This document shows positions 54,656-64,000 of a stretch of DNA of 64,000 bases, piece by piece. Position numbers and translations under genes: made by a program. Source of the stretch: Fidelibacterota bacterium (GTDB lineage Bacteria > Fidelibacterota > Fidelibacteria > Fidelibacterales > DSDE01); contig JBJKQR010000001.1 of NCBI GenBank assembly GCA_046735395.1, positions 2,610 through 66,609 of the forward strand. Direction: 5' to 3'. The notes beneath the pieces are model-generated. The model was not told the origin of the DNA. It saw only the letters and a program-made list of their open reading frames with translations, and ran no database searches. Position 1 is the first letter of the stretch. The number at the start of each line of letters is the position of its first letter.

Positions 54656-55174
54656 ATGAATATGAAGAGTTTTTTAATGTCCGTCCTCTGGGTCGCACTG
54701 TTTGTCAGTCTGGGCGCAATGTACTGGTATCAGACCTCGTTTGATTCACGCCTGATTGATATGAACAAAAGAGCAGCCAACATCGAAGACAAATATCAGG
54801 GGTTCACGGATCGAATTCACAACCTCGAAGTCAAGTTTGAGGGACGGGCCAAACATGTACGGCAGAACCAGCAGGGAATTAAAAAACTGAACGAAGATCT
54901 GAATGATTTCCGTCAGCAGCATCGTCAGGATCTGTATCTGGTGAATTCCAGAATTGATTCAACCGGCGACGTGATGAACGCCGACCGCAAGAATAGCGAA
55001 TTTCAGGTTGAAAGCCTTAAAAAAGCGATCGCCGCTCTGAAGAGCCAGGTAAGTCAGACTAATATCACGACTCGGAATGAACTCAATAAGCTTACCCGTG
55101 ATCTTGAAAGTGTTACGAAACGGGTTGACAATGCTGAAATCGCAATCGAAGGCAAAGTTGACAAGAAAAAATAA
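54656..55174 (+). CDS. Membrane-anchored coiled-coil hypothetical protein
   Basis: N-terminal TM helix (LMSVLWVALFVSLGAMYWY), then a heptad-like, charged sequence to the end. Confidence 0.6.
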   Translation: MNMKSFLMSVLWVALFVSLGAMYWYQTSFDSRLIDMNKRAANIEDKYQGFTDRIHNLEVKFEGRAKHVRQNQQGIKKLNEDLNDFRQQHRQDLYLVNSRIDSTGDVMNADRKNSEFQVESLKKAIAALKSQVSQTNITTRNELNKLTRDLESVTKRVDNAEIAIEGKVDKKK

Positions 55175-55239
55175 GTTACTTTGAATAAGATCTGCAAAAC
55201 GCTCCGTATGGAGCGTTTTGTGTTTAGGAGGATGAAAAT

Positions 55240-56748
55240 ATGGCATGGTTGAAACAGATAGAAGCAGTATCTGCCTCATTCGAGGCCGTTCAGGATGAAG
55301 CGCTGATTATTCCTGTCTTTCAACAGGACGCGCTCCCCGAATCACTGAAAAAACTGGATGAGGCGAATCAGCATCTGCTTAGTAAAAGTATATCCGGTGA
55401 ATTCTTCAAGGCAAAGGGAAAATCCGTCGTCACGCTGGTCGCTCTGCAGGATTCCCTCCGTTATATCATTCTGACCGGCCTGGGGAAAAAGGAAAGTATG
55501 GGAGCAGAGGACCTGAGAAAGGCCATCGGGCTGGCTGTGAAGGAAGTACTGCGCCTGAAAGTGAAATCGGCCACTGTGCTGGATACCTTTTCCTCTGCCA
55601 TGTCCCTGAAAATAGCTAAAGTAGCCCGGTATACCGCCTTTGCTGCGACCGTTGCCAGCTACAGCTTCACCGTCTATAACCGGGAAAAACGGGACACAGA
55701 GACGGCATTCGAAAAAATGACTGTTCTCATTGACGGCAATATGGAACAATGGAAATCCGGTATTACGGTTGGCCAGGCCATTGGCGAGGGAAATTGCCTT
55801 GCCCGTGATCTGGGAAATCATCCCGGAAATGTGGCGACGCCCTCATTTCTCGCCGAAACAGCCAGAAGTTTTTCGACCGATCCCAAAATGCAGGTTCAGG
55901 TATTTAACCGCAAGGAAATCGAAAAGTTGGGCATGGGCGGACTGGGCGGTGTGTCCGCAGGAAGTAAGGAAGAACCCCGCTTCATTCTGCTCAATTATCA
56001 GGGCGGCAAAAAGAATGACAAGCCCGTCGCACTGGTAGGCAAGGGGCTGACCTTTGATTCGGGCGGAATCAGTCTAAAACCCGGTGCCGGTATGGATGAA
56101 ATGAAATTTGATATGCTGGGTGGCGCTGCCGTGCTGGGAATCATGAAAGCCGTTTCCCTGCTTCAGCCAGAGCTGAATGTTGTAGCTGCCGTACCGGCCA
56201 CGGATAACATGCCGGATGGCGGCAGTCTGAGGCCGGGAGACATCATCACCGCCTACAACGGGAAAACCATTGAAGTCCTGAATACCGATGCGGAGGGACG
56301 TCTGATTCTGGCGGACGGCCTTGCCTATCTGTCCGACGTGTACAAACCGCGGATGATGTTTGATTTTGCAACGCTCACAGGAGCTGTTCTTGTTGCGCTG
56401 GGCCATGAAGCCACCGGGATCATGGGAAACGACGAGGAACTGATCGGGAAAATTCGAAAATCCGCGGATCAGTGCGGTGAAAGGGTGTGGCCGCTGCCCA
56501 TTTACCCGGAATTCACGGAAGCCATAAAATCAGATATCGCGGATGTGAAGAATATCGGGCCTGCGCGGCTAGCCGGATCTGCCACTGCAGCAGCTTTTCT
56601 GCAGGAATTTGTGGGTGAACATATCCCCTGGGTTCATTTCGATATCGCCGGAACGGCGGATATGGACAAGGAGACCCCTCTCCAGCCAAAAGGACCCAGC
56701 GGAGTCGGTATCGCGCTGGTCATGGAATATTTATTGGATTCACTATAA
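55240..56748 (+). CDS. pepA: Leucyl aminopeptidase (peptidase M17)
   Basis: VGKGLTFDSGGISLKP and the M17 signature NTDAEGRLILADGLAY. Confidence 0.92.
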   Translation: MAWLKQIEAVSASFEAVQDEALIIPVFQQDALPESLKKLDEANQHLLSKSISGEFFKAKGKSVVTLVALQDSLRYIILTGLGKKESMGAEDLRKAIGLAVKEVLRLKVKSATVLDTFSSAMSLKIAKVARYTAFAATVASYSFTVYNREKRDTETAFEKMTVLIDGNMEQWKSGITVGQAIGEGNCLARDLGNHPGNVATPSFLAETARSFSTDPKMQVQVFNRKEIEKLGMGGLGGVSAGSKEEPRFILLNYQGGKKNDKPVALVGKGLTFDSGGISLKPGAGMDEMKFDMLGGAAVLGIMKAVSLLQPELNVVAAVPATDNMPDGGSLRPGDIITAYNGKTIEVLNTDAEGRLILADGLAYLSDVYKPRMMFDFATLTGAVLVALGHEATGIMGNDEELIGKIRKSADQCGERVWPLPIYPEFTEAIKSDIADVKNIGPARLAGSATAAAFLQEFVGEHIPWVHFDIAGTADMDKETPLQPKGPSGVGIALVMEYLLDSL

Positions 56749-56804
56749 AATTCTTTGCCCCTCACAAAAGAATGCTGTAAATTACGCCGCTTTTTGAGAA
56801 GCTT

Positions 56805-56878
56805 GGCGAAGTAGCTCAGTCGGTTAGAGCAGCGGAATCATAATCCGCGTGTCCGGGGTTCGAGTCCCTGCTTCGCTA
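56805..56878 (+). tRNA. tRNA-Met (anticodon CAT); tRNA-Ile2 (lysidine) identity cannot be excluded
   Basis: Hand-folded 74-nt cloverleaf: acceptor GGCGAAG/CTTCGCT, D arm GCTC..GAGC, anticodon arm GCGGA-AUCAUAA-TCCGC, T arm CGGGG-TTCGAGT-CCCTG. No encoded CCA. It lacks the initiator features. Confidence 0.85.
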
Positions 56879-56905
56879 CTCATTTCTAAATGGCGTTTTT
56901 AATAA

Positions 56906-56933
56906 AGCCCTCTGATACTCAGAGGGCTTTTTG
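56906..56933 (+). terminator. Rho-independent terminator after the tRNA
   Basis: Hairpin agccctctga-tac-tcagagggct followed by ttttt. Confidence 0.75.
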
Positions 56934-57238
56934 TTTAACCAGATAATATATACTTACGGATAACAGACCAGTTCTGTAAATAACTGCGACACCTGAACTG
57001 CGCTGCTCCGGGGGAGTCGCACCCGAGACGGTAAAAGCAATTCAACGGAAGATAACTACTATTTAAGTATATATTAAATATGACACAAAACAAAATAAAA
57101 TATGAAAATCGAGGCTGCATCTGGTTTTTTGCGGAAAAAATAGTTATAATTTTACGCCGTGATATCAGCGGTGAAGGTCCAATCCAATGTAAATCGGTAT
57201 GAACATAGTTCGGAAATCCTTTCAACCAGGAGGTGGCT

Positions 57239-60136
57239 ATGAGAATAAGAACAAAGATCATCGGGATGATGTTTCTGGTGACAGCTGTTGCGCTTCTTCT
57301 TTCCTTTCAGATTTCGGACAATATGGCGAACAAGGCCATTGATGACGCCTACTTCAGTAAGCTGGAAGCACTGAAAGCCGCGAAGAGTGATCAGATCTCT
57401 CTTTATTTTGAAACGCTTGCAAAATCATTACAGAGCTATGCTTCCTCAAAGGATGTCCTGGATCTCTATGATGAACTTGTTCAGTATCATCATGATACAA
57501 ATGTGTCTCCAAAGGGGAATTATGACGTGGAGACGGAAGCCTACCGTGATATCTGGAAGAACGATGGCAGTTACATCACCGATTACTGTGAGGCACACGG
57601 CTATCCGGATATTTATCTCATCTGCGCGGCGCATGGTCATGTCATGTACAGCAGCGCACGCAGATCCGATCTGGGGCAGAATCTGGAATACAGTAGCCTG
57701 AAGAACAGCGGTCTGGCTCATATCCGTAAGATGGTTCTAAAGAATAATGGCCTGGCCTTTGAGGATTTCCAACCCTATGAACCGCTGGGTGGAAAGGTTG
57801 CTGCATTTATGGGTGTACCTGTCAGGAAGGACGGGCAAACCATCGGTGTTCTTGTCCTGCAGATGAGCAGCGACGGTATAAATGAGATAATGAATGAAAG
57901 GGCCGGTATGGGAGAGACCGGGGAGAGCTACCTGGCCACACGGGAGGATGATGGCAGCTATACTTTCCGCAGTACCATGCAGACTATGGGAAACGGTAAA
58001 TATGTCATCGGAGCCAGCATCCCGCCTCCGGCATACTGGGAGGAGGCCTTCAAAACCGGGAAGGAAAACAGCGGCATTTACGAGGACAGCGCCGGAAACG
58101 AGGTTGTGGTGTCCTATACTCCGCTGAATGTATATGGCCGGGCCTGGGCTCTCTTCACAAAGATGGATATGAGTGAAATCGATATTCCCATTATTCATTT
58201 ACGAAATACTCTTTTCAAGGTGATCCTGCTCTTTATCATCCTCGCTGCCGCCATTGCCTGGTTTTTCGGATCCTCCATTTCAAAAGGAATTCACAGAGTC
58301 CTGGAAAAAATATACGAGACTATTCGTCAGGTGATTGAGGGTCATCTGAACATTCAGGCGGATAAAAGTGGTGTGACAGTAGATTTTCGCGAAATTATTG
58401 ACGGATTGAATCAGCTGATCCGGACCTATGTGGGGCACCTGGACAATATCAATGCTCCGGTCATGATTATTGACCGGGACTATCGGATTCGGTTCATGAA
58501 CCGTGCCGGGGCCGCATTGGGAAAAACTACCGGTGATGCTCTCAAGGGCAGCAAATGCTATGATTTCTTCCGGACCGGAGACTGTAATACGGCTAACTGC
58601 GCCTGTAACAGGGCCATGAGCGATGACCGGCCCTCCGCGAGCGAGACCGATGCCCATCCCGGTGACCTTTCTCTGCGTATCGGATACAATGGAATTCCGG
58701 TGAAGAATCAGAGCGGGGAAATTGTCGGTGCACTCGAGGTTGTCATGGATCAGACTGATTCCTGGAAAGCCATGCAGCTGGTGCAGAAACAGAACCAGTA
58801 CCAGGGGGTGGAAGTGGAAAAGCTTCTGACCAATCTGGGTAAGGTCGGTGAAGGGAACTTCGAGATACAGACCGATGTGGCCGAGGCAGATTCGGATACC
58901 TTTGATATCTCCACCAACTTCATCAAAATCAATGAAGGACTGCGGAAAACTGTCGATACACTCGAAGCGATTTCCACCGAATTCAATCAGATAGCTGAGG
59001 CTGCCGAGCTGGGCCGGCTGACTCACAGAGGAAATTCGGATGCCTATCTGGGACATTATGCCCGAATCGTGGAGATTGTCAATGAAGTGCTGGATCAGGT
59101 CATCAATCCGGTTAATGAATCCATTGCAGTGATGAAGTCCGTGTCTGACCGTGATCTGCGAAGCCGTGTAACGGGGGATTACGCCGGTGATCTGGATGAT
59201 TTCAAGACCTTCATCAATACAGCTATCGAAAATCTTGATATGGCTCTGAATCAGGTCGCCGAGGGTGTAGTCCAGGTTTCATCCGCGTCAGATCAAATCA
59301 GCAGAGGAAGCCAGAATCTGGCTGAAGGGGCCAATGAACAGGCCTCTTCCCTCGAGGAAATATCTTCCTCCCTGGAACAGATGGCCAGTATGACAAATCA
59401 GAATGCGGATTATGCAAAACAGGCGAATGGACTCAGCCAGGAAGCAAATGATTTTGCTCTCCAGGGCAATTCGGGAATGAAAAAGATGATGGAGGCCGTG
59501 AACCGGATCAAGGAAAGCAGTGATGAGACGGCAAAAATCGTGAAAACCATTGATGAAATTGCCTTCCAGACAAATCTGCTGGCTCTGAATGCAGCTGTGG
59601 AAGCAGCGCGTGCCGGAGATGCGGGGAAGGGTTTCGCTGTGGTGGCCGAAGAAGTGCGGAATCTAGCTCAAAGGTCAGCCGAAGCCGCGAAGAATACCTC
59701 CGCCATGATTCAGGAATCCGTCGAAAATGCGGATGAAGGCGTGGCCACCAGCCGTGAAGTTGCCGAGCTTCTGGAGCATATTGATGAGAGCAGCGGCAAG
59801 GTCAAGACTCTGGTTGCAGAAATTGCGGCCGCATCCAAGGAGCAGGCTGCGGGAATTGAACAGGTTAATACGGCTGTTGCCCAGTTGAACCAGGTGACAC
59901 AGCAGAATGCTGCCAACAGTGAGGAAAGCGCATCCGCCGCCGAAGAGCTGAATTCTCAGGCAGCTCAGCTTACGGATATGGTTCGGAGCTTTTCTCTGTC
60001 TGAAAATAGGGTAGAACAACAGCCTACGGTGAAAAAACAGGTCGAAATGCCCCGTACTCGGCCGGCCATCCGGAAAATTGTAAGCAAACCCGAGAAAGTC
60101 ATTTCTCTCGATAATGATGAATTCGGGGATTTCTGA
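57239..60136 (+). CDS. Methyl-accepting chemotaxis protein (Cache-like sensor, HAMP, Cys-rich PAS-like module, MCP signalling domain)
   Basis: Signalling-domain core [46 protein letters not shown]. Two TM helices flank a roughly 300-aa periplasmic domain. AGGAGG lies 7 nt before the ATG at 57239 (the track starts at GTG 57233). Confidence 0.92.
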   Translation: MRIRTKIIGMMFLVTAVALLLSFQISDNMANKAIDDAYFSKLEALKAAKSDQISLYFETLAKSLQSYASSKDVLDLYDELVQYHHDTNVSPKGNYDVETEAYRDIWKNDGSYITDYCEAHGYPDIYLICAAHGHVMYSSARRSDLGQNLEYSSLKNSGLAHIRKMVLKNNGLAFEDFQPYEPLGGKVAAFMGVPVRKDGQTIGVLVLQMSSDGINEIMNERAGMGETGESYLATREDDGSYTFRSTMQTMGNGKYVIGASIPPPAYWEEAFKTGKENSGIYEDSAGNEVVVSYTPLNVYGRAWALFTKMDMSEIDIPIIHLRNTLFKVILLFIILAAAIAWFFGSSISKGIHRVLEKIYETIRQVIEGHLNIQADKSGVTVDFREIIDGLNQLIRTYVGHLDNINAPVMIIDRDYRIRFMNRAGAALGKTTGDALKGSKCYDFFRTGDCNTANCACNRAMSDDRPSASETDAHPGDLSLRIGYNGIPVKNQSGEIVGALEVVMDQTDSWKAMQLVQKQNQYQGVEVEKLLTNLGKVGEGNFEIQTDVAEADSDTFDISTNFIKINEGLRKTVDTLEAISTEFNQIAEAAELGRLTHRGNSDAYLGHYARIVEIVNEVLDQVINPVNESIAVMKSVSDRDLRSRVTGDYAGDLDDFKTFINTAIENLDMALNQVAEGVVQVSSASDQISRGSQNLAEGANEQASSLEEISSSLEQMASMTNQNADYAKQANGLSQEANDFALQGNSGMKKMMEAVNRIKESSDETAKIVKTIDEIAFQTNLLALNAAVEAARAGDAGKGFAVVAEEVRNLAQRSAEAAKNTSAMIQESVENADEGVATSREVAELLEHIDESSGKVKTLVAEIAAASKEQAAGIEQVNTAVAQLNQVTQQNAANSEESASAAEELNSQAAQLTDMVRSFSLSENRVEQQPTVKKQVEMPRTRPAIRKIVSKPEKVISLDNDEFGDF

Positions 60137-60254
60137 CCGCTCTGTAAACGGAGAGTGACAGAGCTTTATCCTTCCTCTCCGGGGCCTTTCAGATTGTTTA
60201 TCCGCGGAAGATTAAATATATTCTGACATGGCCCGTGCAAAAAGTGAAAGATAC

Positions 60255-60285
60255 AAAAAACCCTCTTCCAAGAAAGAGGGTTTTT
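60255..60285. terminator. Bidirectional hairpin terminator (A-run / hairpin / T-run)
   Basis: aaaaaa-ccctctt-ccaaga-aagaggg-ttttt lies between the MCP gene (+) and tRNA-Leu (-). Confidence 0.7.
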
Positions 60286-60291
60286 CCTGTG

Positions 60292-60375
60292 TACCGAGGG
60301 CGGGAGTCGAACCCGCACGAACCGAAGTTCGGTGGATTTTGAGTCCACTGCGTCTGCCAGTTTCACCACCCCGGC
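60292..60375 (-). tRNA. tRNA-Leu (anticodon CAA)
   Basis: The reverse complement folds as an 84-nt class II tRNA: acceptor GCCGGGG/CCTCGGT, anticodon arm GTGGA-CUCAAAA-TCCAC, a long variable arm (CGAACTTCGGTTCG) and T arm GCGGG-TTCGACT-CCCGC. Confidence 0.9.
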
Positions 60376-60433
60376 TATTTTCAAAAAGCCGCGGAATTTT
60401 TGAATAATATTTACTAATGTCAAGGGAAAAGCG

Positions 60434-62248
60434 TTGGGTATAGAACGATTGAAGAAAGAGACCATTCCTCAGATTTTTCTGGACAGCTGCCGGAAATGGT
60501 CTTCCCGGCCTGCCTACAGTGTGAAACATCGGGGAAGATGGGAAGATCTGAGTTATGGTCAGGTTTATTCTCTGGCCAAGGAAACGGCTACGGCGCTCTG
60601 GAAGCTGGGGTTCCGCCGGGGTGATGTGATGGCCATTTTGTCCGAAAACCGGCCTGAATGGAACATCTGTGATTTTGCCATCAGCGGAGCGGGAATGGTG
60701 TCAGTACCGGTTTATCCCACACTGACATCGGAGCAGATTCTGTATATTCTGGATCACAGTGAAGCGGGCCTTATTTTTGTGTCGTCCGCTGAACAGGCCC
60801 GTAAAATTATGGATATTCAGCAGACGCTTCCGAAACTTAAATATATGATCGTTTTTGATGAAAATGGAATGCCACAGAACCAGGATTGGATTCTGGGCTT
60901 CGATGCCTTCAGAGCACTGTCCGAAAAGGAAGCGGCCGCTTTTGTCTATGATTTTGATGCCGAATGCGACAAAAGTGAAGAGGACGACATCTTTACGATC
61001 ATTTATACTTCGGGAACAACAGGTGTCCCCAAGGGAGTGATTCTCTCGCAGCGCAACGTGGCCTCCAATGTCGAATCTGCACTGAAGGCACTGAGCATTG
61101 ACGAACAGGATGTATTTCTGTCTTTTCTCCCGCTTTCCCATAGCCTGGAACGTATGGCCGGACATGTTGCGCCCTTCCGTGCCGGATCCCGTGTCGCCTT
61201 TGCCGAAGGTGTAAATGAGGTACAGGATAATCTGCTCGAGATCGGGCCGACCGTGGTCATTTCCGTTCCACGGCTCTTTGAAAAGATTTACAGTAAAATA
61301 CAGCTGGGACTTTCATCCTCATCCGCCCCGAAAAAGAAGGTGTTTTCATGGGCTGTAAAGGTCGGTTCACGGATCAGCAGCAGCTGCAGTCAGTTCGGAC
61401 GGCATCCACGGGGATTTCTGGCTCTGAAGGGACGGATCGCTTTCCAACTTGTATTTAAGAAATTGTCCCGGGCTCTCGGTGGAAATATCCGGTATTTTGT
61501 TTCCGGCGGCGCACCGCTGAGCAGAGATATCGGAGAATTTTTCGATGCTGCCGGAATTCCGGTTCTGGAAGGATATGGCCTTACGGAAACGTCTCCCGTT
61601 ACAAATGTGAACCGCCTGGAACGCTACAAATTCGGAACGGTGGGGCCTGCTATCGAGGGTGTGGAAATCAGCCTGTCTGATGAGCAGGAAATTTGGGTGA
61701 AAGGCCCCAATGTTATGAAAGGCTACTTCAGGGATGCCGCTGCGACGGAAGAAGCTTTTTCCGAAGACGGATGGCTGCGGACCGGAGATCTGGGAGAGAT
61801 TGATGAGGATGGGTATCTGAAAATTACCGGCCGCATCAAGGATATCATTGTAACATCCGGCGGAAAGAATATTGCTCCGGCACGGACCGAACAGGCGCTG
61901 AGCCAGAGTCCCTATATCAGTCAGGTTGTGATCATCGGCGACCGGCGCAGCTATCTGACTGCGCTTATTGTGCCCAATCTGGACGAGATCCGGCAATTAG
62001 CCGCCGATAAGCAGATTCAGTACGACAGTGATGAGCAGTTGGTACACCATTTTGAAATTCTGGGTTTTATAGAAAAGGAAGTGGAGGCACAGCAGCAGAA
62101 TCTGGCTCGCTTCGAACAGATCAAGAAATTTACGCTCATGTCCCGGGAGTTCAGCATCGAAGAGGGCGAAATGACGCCTTCGCTGAAAATCCGGCGGGCC
62201 ATGGTGGAAAATAAGTATTCGGACATCATTGATATCATGTACAGTTAA
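60434..62248 (+). CDS. Long-chain-fatty-acid--CoA ligase (AMP-binding enzyme family)
   Basis: AMP-binding motif IIYTSGTTGVPKGV, plus GYGLTETSP and TGDLGEIDEDGYLKITGRIKD. The C-terminus EQIKKFTLMSREFSIEEGEMTPSLKIRR is typical of FadD-like long-chain ligases. The start is non-ATG (TTG). Confidence 0.88.
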   Translation: MGIERLKKETIPQIFLDSCRKWSSRPAYSVKHRGRWEDLSYGQVYSLAKETATALWKLGFRRGDVMAILSENRPEWNICDFAISGAGMVSVPVYPTLTSEQILYILDHSEAGLIFVSSAEQARKIMDIQQTLPKLKYMIVFDENGMPQNQDWILGFDAFRALSEKEAAAFVYDFDAECDKSEEDDIFTIIYTSGTTGVPKGVILSQRNVASNVESALKALSIDEQDVFLSFLPLSHSLERMAGHVAPFRAGSRVAFAEGVNEVQDNLLEIGPTVVISVPRLFEKIYSKIQLGLSSSSAPKKKVFSWAVKVGSRISSSCSQFGRHPRGFLALKGRIAFQLVFKKLSRALGGNIRYFVSGGAPLSRDIGEFFDAAGIPVLEGYGLTETSPVTNVNRLERYKFGTVGPAIEGVEISLSDEQEIWVKGPNVMKGYFRDAAATEEAFSEDGWLRTGDLGEIDEDGYLKITGRIKDIIVTSGGKNIAPARTEQALSQSPYISQVVIIGDRRSYLTALIVPNLDEIRQLAADKQIQYDSDEQLVHHFEILGFIEKEVEAQQQNLARFEQIKKFTLMSREFSIEEGEMTPSLKIRRAMVENKYSDIIDIMYS

Positions 62249-62262
62249 GAAAGGACGGTATC

Positions 62263-63267
62263 TTGGGCAATTCATACAAGGAAAGCGGCGTGGATATTGA
62301 GGCGGGGGAATCCGCGGTCAGGGCCATCAGGGAAAAAATCCGCTCCACATTTTCAGAGCATGTCCTGAGCGGGATCGGACATTTCGGCGCATTCTACGAC
62401 GCTTCCTTCCATGGCTATCAGAATCCTGTGCTGGTCAGCAGTACGGATGGTGTGGGCACGAAGCTGAAGGTTGCCTTCATGGCTGGTATTCATCATACGG
62501 TCGGTCAGGATATCGTCAATCACTGCGTGGATGATATTCTCACCTCCGGTGCCCGTCCTCTGTTTTTTCTGGATTATATCGGTACGGGGGTGCTCAGTCC
62601 GGATGTCATTGAGCAGGTCATCGACGGTATGGTGAAGGCCTGTCGTGAAAATTCCTGTTCTCTTATCGGGGGAGAGATGGCCGAGATGCCCGGGCTCTAT
62701 CAGGACAAGGAATATGACATCAGCGGAACGATCGTAGGCCTGGTGGAAAGGGAGGATATCATTGACGGGTCGGAGATTCGACCCGGACAGGTCATGGTGG
62801 GGCTGCGCTCAGCCGGCCTGCACACAAACGGATTTTCCCTGGCCCGAAAGGTATTATTTGACAAATATACTCCCGATGCCCATATCGCAGAATTCGGTAA
62901 AAGCCTGGCTGAAGAGCTTCTGACCGTGCACAAATCCTATCTGCATCCCGTGCAGGCGGTTCTGGAGGAAATTCGGGTTACAGGTATCTCCCATATTACC
63001 GGCGGCGGGATCGTGGGAAACACAAATCGTATTTTCAGGGGAAATGTGGGATATGATATTTTCTGGGACCGTATACCGGGTTTGCCCATATTTGATCTGA
63101 TCCGGAAAACAGGCAGGATTGAAGAAGAGGAAATGCGCAAGGTTTTTAACCTGGGAATCGGTATGATTCTCATCATGGATGAAGATGAGGTCAATCCGGC
63201 CATGGATATTCTGACGGGCATGGGGGAGGATCCGCTGATCATCGGAATGACGAGGGAGGCTGAATGA
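62263..63267 (+). CDS. purM: Phosphoribosylformylglycinamidine cyclo-ligase (AIR synthetase)
   Basis: SYKESGVDIEAGE at the N-terminus, plus DGVGTKLKVA, DYIGTG and GGEMAEMPG. TTG start. Confidence 0.92.
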   Translation: MGNSYKESGVDIEAGESAVRAIREKIRSTFSEHVLSGIGHFGAFYDASFHGYQNPVLVSSTDGVGTKLKVAFMAGIHHTVGQDIVNHCVDDILTSGARPLFFLDYIGTGVLSPDVIEQVIDGMVKACRENSCSLIGGEMAEMPGLYQDKEYDISGTIVGLVEREDIIDGSEIRPGQVMVGLRSAGLHTNGFSLARKVLFDKYTPDAHIAEFGKSLAEELLTVHKSYLHPVQAVLEEIRVTGISHITGGGIVGNTNRIFRGNVGYDIFWDRIPGLPIFDLIRKTGRIEEEEMRKVFNLGIGMILIMDEDEVNPAMDILTGMGEDPLIIGMTREAE

Positions 63268-64000
63268 AAATATCCGTAATCGGCGCCGGATCGTGGGGTA
63301 CCACTCTCGGCCTGCATCTTTATGATCTGGGACATTCGGTGAAATTCTGGGAATATGACGCTGACCGGGTTTGGCGCATGAATGAAGACGGCATCAATGA
63401 TCTGCTTCCGAACCGTCGGATTCCGAATGATGTCATCACATCCAACCAGCTTTCCGATCTGCTTGTCGATCCGGATCTCATCGTGACCGCTGTTCCGTCC
63501 CATGTCATGAGAAGTACGCTGCAGATTGCAGCTGCTGTGCGTCCTTCTACCCGGCCGCTGATTGTAAATATTTCCAAGGGAATCGAAAATGACAGCCTGA
63601 AACGGATGAGTGAAGTGATCTCGGAGACCCTGCCCTGGGACTATGAAGCCATCGTGACCCTGTCCGGGCCCAGCCACGCTGAGGAAGTATCCGAAAAGCT
63701 TCCCACCCTGCTGGTGGCGGCGTCGGAGGAGGATTCGGCGGCCCGGCGTGTTCAGGAAGAATTTATGAGCGACCGTCTGCGCATCTACAGTTCCACGGAT
63801 CTCATCGGTGTGGAGCTGGGAGGATCCCTGAAAAATGTGATTGCCATCGCCGCGGGAATCTGTGACGGAGTCGGATTCGGCGACAATACGAAATCGGCCC
63901 TGATCATCCGAGGCGCGTTCGAAATCAGCCGACTCGGCCAGGCTCTGGGCGCCCGCAACGAAACCTTTTCGGGATTGAGCGGCATCGGCGATCTGATTGT
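63264..64000 (+). CDS. gpsA: NAD(P)H-dependent glycerol-3-phosphate dehydrogenase; 3' end runs off the window
   Basis: This ORF is absent from the track because there is no stop in the window. My own translation from ATG 63264 (ATGA overlap with the purM stop) gives MKISVIGAGSWGTTLG...NISKGIE...LSGPSHAEEV...GGSLKNVIAIAAGI. Confidence 0.9.
   Translation, partial: MKISVIGAGSWGTTLGLHLYDLGHSVKFWEYDADRVWRMNEDGINDLLPNRRIPNDVITSNQLSDLLVDPDLIVTAVPSHVMRSTLQIAAAVRPSTRPLIVNISKGIENDSLKRMSEVISETLPWDYEAIVTLSGPSHAEEVSEKLPTLLVAASEEDSAARRVQEEFMSDRLRIYSSTDLIGVELGGSLKNVIAIAAGICDGVGFGDNTKSALIIRGAFEISRLGQALGARNETFSGLSGIGDLI

Noticed and set aside
56805-60375. The MCP gene as a tRNA-flanked genomic island, between tRNA-Met (+) and tRNA-Leu (-).
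   Set aside because: There is no integrase, no partial tRNA duplication or att-like direct repeat, and ordinary terminators on both sides. It is probably just local gene order.

Overview
The window is a gene-dense, mostly plus-strand chromosomal segment from what looks like an uncultured FCB-group-like bacterium. That lineage guess is inference. It rests on five intact proteins and one remnant ending in the NYPNPFNP...K(M/L)xxLK type A T9SS sorting domain, plus a FISUMP-domain lipoprotein. The genetic code is standard, and TGA ends many genes at positions where homologues also end.

Housekeeping genes I recognise:
- sthA, pepA, purM, gpsA (3' end runs off the window) and a long-chain acyl-CoA synthetase
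- a ThrC-like PLP enzyme paired with RidA
- two peptidoglycan amidases and corA
- tRNA-Met(CAT) and tRNA-Leu(CAA)

Signalling and transport genes:
- a PAS histidine kinase with an NtrC-type sigma-54 activator
- a Cache-HAMP-PAS-HK-REC hybrid kinase broken by one in-frame TGA
- a Cache/PAS methyl-accepting chemotaxis protein (MCP)
- a PadR / pentapeptide-repeat / ABC-2 exporter operon
- a TonB-dependent receptor

Secreted and accessory genes:
- an S8 protease and a two-lobed retropepsin-like protease
- a 14-blade propeller protein
- a rifampin ADP-ribosyltransferase (arr) homologue

No transposase, integrase, cas gene, CRISPR array or rRNA is visible.

Signals the gene list does not explain:
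1. Seven copies of a 126-bp imperfect-palindrome unit form one co-oriented tandem array. It is interrupted by about 600 bp that carries only a small PD-(D/E)XK GxxExxY gene (35.9-37.3 kb). This is my best candidate for an undescribed element.
2. A perfect 32-bp palindrome is fused to a 37-bp tandem repeat, at the head of a roughly 0.8-kb region with no ORF of 60 aa or more (25.2-26.0 kb).
3. A translationally coupled five-gene operon has four proteins carrying paired cysteines (three thioredoxin-fold CxxC motifs plus a C-x3-C pair), a beta-barrel and two T9SS cargo proteins. It sits directly downstream of the sigma-54 two-component pair (11.5-17.4 kb).
4. The in-frame TGA in the hybrid kinase is followed by a hairpin.

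All family names come from motif recognition by eye and memory. No database search was run.
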